Position numbers and translations under genes: made by a program. The notes beneath the pieces are model-generated. The model did no database searches, was not told where the DNA came from, and saw only the letters and a list, made by a program, of their open reading frames with translations. Below, in pieces: positions 57,988-64,000 of a stretch of 64,000 nucleotides of DNA; position 1 is the stretch's first letter; every line of letters begins with the position of its first letter. The DNA comes from Gammaproteobacteria bacterium (lineage in GTDB: Bacteria; Pseudomonadota; Gammaproteobacteria; S012-40), in contig WFPC01000050.1 of NCBI GenBank assembly GCA_015487785.1, positions 8,400 to 72,399 of the forward strand, given 5' to 3'.

Positions 57988-58917
57988 TTACTTTGTGGCG
58001 CTGTCCACAAGCGTTTGTGACAAGCAGACCCGGTTGCGGCCGGCATGTTTGGCGGCGTACATGGCTTGATCGGTCTGCTGGAACAGGCTGTCCGGATCGT
58101 CGTCGGGAGTGAGGGTGTGAACACCGAGGCTGAGGGTGACGGCGATGCGCTTGTGGCCGTAGTGGCAGGGGCGATTTGCGGTGTGTTTGCGGATGCGCTC
58201 GGCCAGTTGTCGAGCGCCTTCCCGCGCGGTATTGGTGAGCAAGACTACGAATTCCTCGCCGCCGTAGCGAAACAATACATCGGAGGCACGGATGCACTGA
58301 CGCATGATGGCGGCTACCTGCATGATGACGGCATCGCCGGCGGCATGGCCATGGCGATCGTTGACCTGCTTGAAATGATCGATATCGGCACAGATCATGG
58401 ACAAGGGGGTGCGATGGCGCCGGGACAGATGAATTTCTCGCTCCACCATATCCTGGAAGACGCTGCGATTATTGGCCCCGGTGAGGGGGTCCGTGGCGGC
58501 AATGGCCAGGGCCTGGTGGTAGAGCAGGGCATTGCGCAGCGGATAGCCCAAAAGTTCGCAGCATTGGGCGAACAGACGTTGTTCCCGGGCATCGAAAGGG
58601 GTTTCACGGGTCAGACGCACGATGCCCAGCGGGGTTTGTTCCTCGGCCAGCAACAGCACCCGTTCGAGTGCATACCGTCCCGATCTGCCCACCTGCAGAA
58701 CTTGCGGCAGGACATGGCTGTAGTAGTCCAGGCCGGTATGGGGAATAGGGCTGCGTAGCAGTCCGGAAAAGATTTCCAACAAGGTGCTCAGCTCCAGGCT
58801 GGTCTGCAATTCCCGGCTGGCTCGATGAACCAGCTCGGCATCCAGCTCATGTTGGGGGGTGGCGAGCGGAACGGGCTGTTCCACGGAATGCTCGGACAGG
58901 GCTTCTACCGACAACAT
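57988..58917 (-). CDS. GGDEF diguanylate cyclase with an N-terminal GAF-like sensor region
   Basis: GGEEF active site (RYGGEEFVVLL), inhibitory-site RxxD context, GGDEF fold motifs. Confidence 0.85.
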   Translation of the reverse strand: MLSVEALSEHSVEQPVPLATPQHELDAELVHRASRELQTSLELSTLLEIFSGLLRSPIPHTGLDYYSHVLPQVLQVGRSGRYALERVLLLAEEQTPLGIVRLTRETPFDAREQRLFAQCCELLGYPLRNALLYHQALAIAATDPLTGANNRSVFQDMVEREIHLSRRHRTPLSMICADIDHFKQVNDRHGHAAGDAVIMQVAAIMRQCIRASDVLFRYGGEEFVVLLTNTAREGARQLAERIRKHTANRPCHYGHKRIAVTLSLGVHTLTPDDDPDSLFQQTDQAMYAAKHAGRNRVCLSQTLVDSATK

Positions 58918-59066
58918 GCTGTGACTCCTCGTGTGAATAGACTCGCATGAAACAGCGATGATCGTGCCAATCCGTCAAAAAAATGGCGACCCCTGTTTTT
59001 GAGGGGGGATGATCCGAGTGCTGGAGCCCAAATGAGAACGGCGTCCGGGCGGCAAGCGGCAATCAC

Positions 59067-59975
59067 TTGCCGACTGGGCCGGATCTGCCTTGCCGCTGCG
59101 GCGTCTTTTGCGAGTGTGTTACCATGCGAATTTTGTCCCACGGGCGGGGTAGCATGCGCGTTACTGGAACAGTACAGAAGATGGCCGTGACACTGGCCGA
59201 GCCGGTGCAGTATCGGTTGCGTCTGGACGATGCCGAAATCGAACTCAATCCCTTCATTGGACAACATATCCGCCTGCACTACCAGGGTGAGATCCATTGT
59301 CTGGCCTGTGGCCGCAAGACACGCAAATCCTATTGCCAGGGTCATTGTTTTCCCTGCAGTCAACGGCTCGCCGCCTGCGATATCTGCATCGTGCGGCCGG
59401 AGAAATGCCACTACGACCAGGGTACCTGCCGCGAGCCCGAATGGGCCCGGGACCATTGCCTGCAAGAGCATGTGCTGTATCTGGCCAATACTTCGGCCAT
59501 CAAGGTGGGTATTACCCGTCGCAGCCAGATTCCCACCCGCTGGATCGACCAGGGAGCCACTCAGGCCCTGCCCGTTCTCAAGGCGGCCAGTCGTCACCAA
59601 GTGGGTTTGCTGGAACTGGCCTTCAAGGCGGAAATGGCCGATCGCACCGACTGGCGTGCCATGTTGCGTGGCGAGCCCCCTGCCCTGGATCTGCAGGCCG
59701 ACCGGGATAGCATGCTGGAACGGGTGGGCGCCGGAGTGGATGAATTGCGGCACCGCTTCGGTGAAGCGCAGATCACTATTCTGCCGCTGCAACCGGTGGT
59801 GGAGATTAATTACCCCGTGTTGCGCTACCCGGAAAAAATCAAGGCCCTGAATTTCGACAAGACACCTCTGATAGAGGGTCGTCTCGAAGGGATCAAGGGG
59901 CAGTACCTCTTGTTGGACTGCGGTGTGATCAACCTGCGCAAGTTCGGCGGTTACCAGGTGGAGTTTACGCTTTGA
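59067..59975 (+). CDS. conserved Cys-rich hypothetical protein with a putative zinc-ribbon cluster
   Basis: CLACGRK...CQGHCFPC...CDIC...C cluster. Start is uncertain (ATG candidates at 59124 and 59154). Ends 4 nt before the tpm ORF, suggesting co-transcription. Confidence 0.55.
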   Translation: MPTGPDLPCRCGVFCECVTMRILSHGRGSMRVTGTVQKMAVTLAEPVQYRLRLDDAEIELNPFIGQHIRLHYQGEIHCLACGRKTRKSYCQGHCFPCSQRLAACDICIVRPEKCHYDQGTCREPEWARDHCLQEHVLYLANTSAIKVGITRRSQIPTRWIDQGATQALPVLKAASRHQVGLLELAFKAEMADRTDWRAMLRGEPPALDLQADRDSMLERVGAGVDELRHRFGEAQITILPLQPVVEINYPVLRYPEKIKALNFDKTPLIEGRLEGIKGQYLLLDCGVINLRKFGGYQVEFTL

Positions 59976-60017
59976 TCAGTGTTTTCCAAGCATGAAACGA
60001 CGAACGATGGAGAAGTG

Positions 60018-60674
60018 ATGGACGCGGATTTTTGGTTACAACGTTGGCGTGATGGCCTGATCGGTTTTCACCAGAGCGATATCAATCCCTTTCTGCAGCG
60101 CCATTGGCAGAGGCTGGGCTTGCAAGGGGGGGAGCGGGTGTTCGTGCCCCTATGTGGCAAGAGCAAGGACATGCTGTGGCTGCGCAAACAGGGTCATTCG
60201 GTGTTCGGGATAGAACTGAGCGAACTGGCGGTGGACAGTTTCTTCAAGGAAAACCAGCTCAATCCCAGTCAGCGTCACTGGGCGGGGCTGCCCTGCTATG
60301 AGGCCGATAATATCGCTCTGTGCCAGGGTGATTTCTTTCATTTGCGGCCCGAACACATGAGTTCGGTGAGGGCGGTCTACGACCGGGCCTCGCTGGTGGC
60401 CTTGCCTCCCGCCATGCGCGTCGACTATGCCCGACATCAGGCGAATATCCTGCCGGTCGGGTGCGAGGTGTTATTGATCAGCCTCGAGTATCCCGAGGGT
60501 CAGATGGAAGGCCCGCCATTTTCCATCGGGGCTGCCGAGGTCGAGACACTCTATGGGCAGGCCTTCGAGATCGAACACCTGGAAACTTGCGATACCCTGG
60601 AGCGCAACCCCCGTTTCCGCGAGCAGGGTTTGACGGAATTGCGCGAGAGTTGTTTTCGCCTGAGCAGGCGTTGA
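60018..60674 (+). CDS. tpm: thiopurine S-methyltransferase
   Basis: MDADFWLQRWRDG...VFVPLCGKSKDMLWL TPMT signature. ATG at 60018. Confidence 0.9.
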   Translation: MDADFWLQRWRDGLIGFHQSDINPFLQRHWQRLGLQGGERVFVPLCGKSKDMLWLRKQGHSVFGIELSELAVDSFFKENQLNPSQRHWAGLPCYEADNIALCQGDFFHLRPEHMSSVRAVYDRASLVALPPAMRVDYARHQANILPVGCEVLLISLEYPEGQMEGPPFSIGAAEVETLYGQAFEIEHLETCDTLERNPRFREQGLTELRESCFRLSRR

Positions 60675-60682
60675 GAAAGAAA

Positions 60683-60701
60683 GCAGGCGCCCGAAGGCGC
60701 C
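60683..60701. terminator. bidirectional hairpin terminator between tpm and ccp
   Basis: AGGCGCC-cgaa-GGCGCCT with A/T-rich flanks. Confidence 0.5.
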
Positions 60702-60725
60702 TGCCGTGAATGGACCGCGAGTGAC

Positions 60726-61748
60726 TCAGGGTGTGGTGGTGAAGCTGCCGTTGGCAAGATCCGGCAGGCGGGGCAGGGTCTGGGCCGGAAACTCACCGGT
60801 GAGGCTGTTGAGGAAGGCAACGATATTGTTCACCTGCTCCTCGCTCAGAGTCTTGTTGAGCTGGGTCTTGGCCATGACCCGTACCGCCTCGTCCAAGGTG
60901 GCCACCGAGCCATTGTGGAAATAGGGCGCGGTGAGCGCTACGTTGCGCCAGGTGGGCACCCGCCACATGTGCTTGTCGGCCGGATCCTTGGTGACTTCAT
61001 ACAGGCCCTTGTCGTCTTTCAGCCGGTATTTCTTGGTGTACGGACTGTCATAGGTAGGGAATTTCTGGAAGAAACCCTGCCCAGTGGGCAGATCGGGCCC
61101 GGAGAAATTGGGGCCGGCATGACAGCCGGTGCAACCCAGGGATTCCACCAGTTCCATACCCTTGATGGCGGCCGGACTCATGGCCGACTTGTCGCCACGC
61201 ATGTAGCGGTCGAAGGGGCTATTGGGCGTGACCAGGGTGCGTTCGTAGGTGGCGATGGCCTTGGCGATGTTGTCGTAGCTCACTTCACCGAAAATGGCCT
61301 TGAATTGTTGCACATAGCCGGGAATGGCATTGATCCGGTCCAGTACCGCCTGCTCATTGGGCATGCCCATTTCCACCGGGTTGAGGATGGGGCCCTTGGC
61401 CTGATCTTCCAGCGTGGCGGCACGGCCGTCCCAGAACTGAGCACTCAGAAACGCCGCGTTCCATACCGTGGGTGCCGAGCGCCCCCCCTTTTGCCCGGCC
61501 ACGCCCACCGATACGGGGCGGTTGTCGGTGCCGCCGGCCATGACGTTGTGGCAGGAATTGCAGGAAATGGTGCCATCCACGGACAAACGCGGATCGAAGA
61601 ACAACTGCTTGCCCAGCTCGATTTTCGCCGCCGTGATGGGATTGTCCGCAGGCACCGGTGGATTGGCCGGCAGCGGCTCCATGGCCATGGCGATGCCGCT
61701 GGCAAGCGTCAGGAGAGAGACTGTGAGAAGGGACTGGCTTGTTTTCAT
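60726..61748 (-). CDS. ccp: di-haem cytochrome c peroxidase (CcpA/MauG family)
   Basis: Signal peptide and two CxxCH haem motifs (CNSCH, CTGCH) in a CCP-collinear sequence. Confidence 0.9.
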   Translation of the reverse strand: MKTSQSLLTVSLLTLASGIAMAMEPLPANPPVPADNPITAAKIELGKQLFFDPRLSVDGTISCNSCHNVMAGGTDNRPVSVGVAGQKGGRSAPTVWNAAFLSAQFWDGRAATLEDQAKGPILNPVEMGMPNEQAVLDRINAIPGYVQQFKAIFGEVSYDNIAKAIATYERTLVTPNSPFDRYMRGDKSAMSPAAIKGMELVESLGCTGCHAGPNFSGPDLPTGQGFFQKFPTYDSPYTKKYRLKDDKGLYEVTKDPADKHMWRVPTWRNVALTAPYFHNGSVATLDEAVRVMAKTQLNKTLSEEQVNNIVAFLNSLTGEFPAQTLPRLPDLANGSFTTTP

Positions 61749-61779
61749 GGCTACGCTACTCCTCGCGTGATGGTCATTG

Positions 61780-61798
61780 TAGACTTAGAATAAGTCTA
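61780..61798. promoter_or_regulatory. inverted repeat TAGACTTA-gaa-TAAGTCTA in the AT-rich region upstream of ccp, divergent from a small acidic-protein gene
   Basis: Perfect 8-bp arms seen directly, 32-50 nt upstream of the ccp start codon. Confidence 0.3.
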
Positions 61799-62020
61799 AA
61801 AACAACCAAAGTCAAGCAGGTTTTGATCGTGTTTTTTTGCCTAACTTGATAATTTTCATGGTTATTTATTAATATGATCGCCCGCAAGAAAATTTTTTGA
61901 TTGTCATTTTTCGATTTTTTTACTTTAAAAACCGTCTAACTGGGCAGATATAGTCTTTGAGAGCGCCGGGTTCAGGCCTGGCTTTGGCTGATCTGGGGTG
62001 GACCCCAAGTGAGGTGTGCT

Positions 62021-62233
62021 ATGGGTACGAGTAAATTTATCGAGCCAGATTCCAACCAAATCGACGACCTGTTCGAAACCGGTTTCGAGGATAGTGCCTT
62101 CCAGTCTATCGAGGAGCAGGTGCGGGGCAAGCGCAGCTCGGCCAGGGCACGCAAGACCATTGAACAATTGCGCGAGGAAAAGATGTTGCGTGAAATGTTG
62201 CGCGACGACTTCGACGATATGATGGAGGCCTGA
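62021..62233 (+). CDS. small acidic hypothetical protein of about 70 aa
   Basis: MGTSKFIEPDSNQIDDLFETGFEDSAF... Highly charged. Divergent from ccp. Confidence 0.45.
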   Translation: MGTSKFIEPDSNQIDDLFETGFEDSAFQSIEEQVRGKRSSARARKTIEQLREEKMLREMLRDDFDDMMEA

Positions 62234-62299
62234 GAGGCCAAGCCTGAAACACGGCTCAGGAATCGAGGCCCGGCCCCGCGCCGGGCTTTTTAGTTCGTA

Positions 62300-63859
62300 T
62301 TAGTTCGTGCCCGTTCGAGTTTGCGTTATGGGGCGCAGCAGGGAATCGGCTTCCATGACCTCGGGCTTGGGCAGCCCCATGAGTTGCAGCACGGTGGGGG
62401 CGATATTGGCCAGTCCGCCGCCGTCGGCGAGCTGAAACTCATGGGCTTCGTCGATCAACAGGCAGGGTACCGGATTGGTGGTGTGCTGGGTGTGTGGCTG
62501 ACCGGTTTGCGGATCGACCATGACCTCGCAGTTGCCGTGATCGGCGGTGAGCAGCACGCTATAGCCACAGGCGATGGCCGCATCGATGAGCCGTCCTGCT
62601 TCGTGGTCGAGCACCTCCATGGCCTGGATCACGGCGGGAGCCACGGCGGTGTGGCCCACCATGTCGCCATTGGCGAAATTGACCACCACGAAACTGAACT
62701 GCCGGCTCTCCAGCGCGGTGATGGTGGCATCGGCCACCGTCGGCGCGCTCATTGCCGGGGCCTTGTCGTAGGTGCTCACGTGGGGAGAGGGCACCATGAC
62801 GCGGCCTTCGCCCGGGAAGGGCTCTTCCCGGCCCCCGTTGAGAAAAAAGGTGACATGGGCGTATTTTTCCGTTTCGGCGCAATGGAACTGACGCAGGCCT
62901 GCCTTGCTGACGATTTCACCCAGAGTGGTGGCTGGTGCCTGGGGAGGAAAGGCAATGGGCAGATCCAGGTCGGGATCGTATTCGGTCATACAGGTGATAG
63001 GTTGGGGTACATAGTCACCACGGTCGAAGGGCTTGAACGAGGGGCTGCTGAGGATATAGGTAAGCTGGCGGCTGCGGTCGTTGCGGAAGTTGAAGAATAC
63101 CACCCCGTCGCCGTTTTCGATGCGGCTGCCGCCGTGGATCACGGTGGCGGGAATGAATTCGTCGGTTATGCCCTGGGCATAGGCCTGTTCGATGGCCGCC
63201 AGGGCGCTGTCGGCCTGTTCTCCCTCGCTGTAGCATATGGCCCGCCAGGCGGTTTTTACGCGATCCCAGCGCTTGTCGCGGTCCATGGCATAGTAGCGTC
63301 CACAGACGGTGGCGATGTGGCCGCCGCTGTGGTGCAGGGGTTCTAGCAACTGCTGGATGAAACTCTTCGCTGACCGCGGTGGAGTGTCGCGGCCATCGGT
63401 AATGGCATGTACCGCGGGAGTGACCCCATGGCGCCGGCACAGTTCAATCAGGGCGCACAGGTGGCGGATGTGACTGTGCACACCACCGTCGGATACCAGC
63501 CCCAACAGATGCAAGGGGCGATTGCGCCGCTTGGATTGTTGCAGCGCGTGCAACAGTTCAGCATTCTCGAAAAAGCTGCCGTCGGCGATGGCGTCGTCGA
63601 TGCGCACCAAATCCTGTTTCAGGATACTGCCACAGCCGATGGTGGTGTGGCCGACCTCGGAATTGCCCATCTGGCCGTCGGGCAACCCCACGGCGCGTCC
63701 CGAGGCTTGCAGGCTGGTAAAGGGGTAGCGGGCAAAGTAGGCGTCCAGTCTGGGCGTGTTGGCCAGGTAGGGGGCATTGTTCTCATGTGCCGGCGACAGG
63801 CCGACGCCATCGAGGATGACCAGCAGGGTGGGTTTGCGAGGAGTGGAAGCGGCTGTCAC
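62300..63859 (-). CDS. gpmI: 2,3-bisphosphoglycerate-independent phosphoglycerate mutase
   Basis: Full-length iPGM match (TLLVILDGVGLS, GNSEVGHTTIG, metal-binding regions). Confidence 0.95.
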   Translation of the reverse strand: MTAASTPRKPTLLVILDGVGLSPAHENNAPYLANTPRLDAYFARYPFTSLQASGRAVGLPDGQMGNSEVGHTTIGCGSILKQDLVRIDDAIADGSFFENAELLHALQQSKRRNRPLHLLGLVSDGGVHSHIRHLCALIELCRRHGVTPAVHAITDGRDTPPRSAKSFIQQLLEPLHHSGGHIATVCGRYYAMDRDKRWDRVKTAWRAICYSEGEQADSALAAIEQAYAQGITDEFIPATVIHGGSRIENGDGVVFFNFRNDRSRQLTYILSSPSFKPFDRGDYVPQPITCMTEYDPDLDLPIAFPPQAPATTLGEIVSKAGLRQFHCAETEKYAHVTFFLNGGREEPFPGEGRVMVPSPHVSTYDKAPAMSAPTVADATITALESRQFSFVVVNFANGDMVGHTAVAPAVIQAMEVLDHEAGRLIDAAIACGYSVLLTADHGNCEVMVDPQTGQPHTQHTTNPVPCLLIDEAHEFQLADGGGLANIAPTVLQLMGLPKPEVMEADSLLRPITQTRTGTN

Positions 63860-64000
63860 GGTAGTATCCTTGTGCGGGGGGTGATAATAAGCGCTATATC
63901 GCTATATCGGGTCTCGGGTAAAGAAATTCAATGGCTGCGCATGCCGGGCTGGATTATAGCGCAAATTGGTCAGCCATCGCGCTTTCCCGAAACGGTGTCA

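Noticed and set aside
57236-58297. 353-aa ORF treated as one protein
   Set aside because: The first 129 codons are non-coding read-through (Arg/Pro-rich) that overlaps the GGDEF gene. Genuine coding begins at the hypA ATG (57910). The remainder is the hypA-hypE fusion relic.
1-64000. CRISPR arrays, integrases, transposases, prophage genes
   Set aside because: No direct-repeat/spacer periodicity, recombinase or transposase-like ORF was seen. The only tandem repeats are the coding KKKA array and the MCP paralogue segment.

Overview
High-GC (~63%) gammaproteobacterial chromosomal segment, dense with housekeeping operons on both strands. No integrase, transposase or CRISPR array was found. Core genes, in order: a LysR regulator divergent from leuC-leuD-leuB-asd-fimV; fabA-fabB; an alpha/beta hydrolase; folD; a tRNA-Pro/Arg/His operon with a consensus sigma70 promoter; an OMP gene divergent from a PstSCAB-like ABC system; a frameshifted yaeQ; a secreted beta-barrel-like protein and an S8 subtilase; a KKKA-repeat histone H1-like protein; mobA-mobB-moeA; a nucleoside deaminase; an MFS transporter; a Sel1 protein; a PAS-GGDEF-EAL protein next to YajQ; thioredoxin-like and Tim44-like proteins; a GlrK/QseE-like kinase, lipoprotein and sigma54 regulator triad followed by an ORF-free region that ends in a strong terminator; a stand-alone receiver; a lone HpnC-type squalene synthase family gene; a split-zinc-ribbon membrane protein, a PKD lipoprotein and NfeD; a sensor kinase with a LuxR regulator next to a His-rich secreted protein carrying a PEP-CTERM-like tail; two tandem MCPs; tRNA-Glu/Ala next to gltX; pip; rimO; an Rrf2 regulator; CBS, AEC and DksA-like proteins; a decayed hypA-hypE relic; a GGDEF protein; tpm; cytochrome c peroxidase; gpmI. 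The most interesting signals are the two C-terminal sorting-signal-like tails (subtilase, and the His-rich WHPGY-repeat protein), the hyp relic with a deletion fusion plus an in-frame TAG, the yaeQ frameshift, the eukaryote-like split zinc ribbon behind an AT-rich island, and a candidate sRNA or micropeptide locus downstream of the GlrR-like regulator. Several very long antisense ORFs in the six-frame track are high-GC artifacts and were not called.
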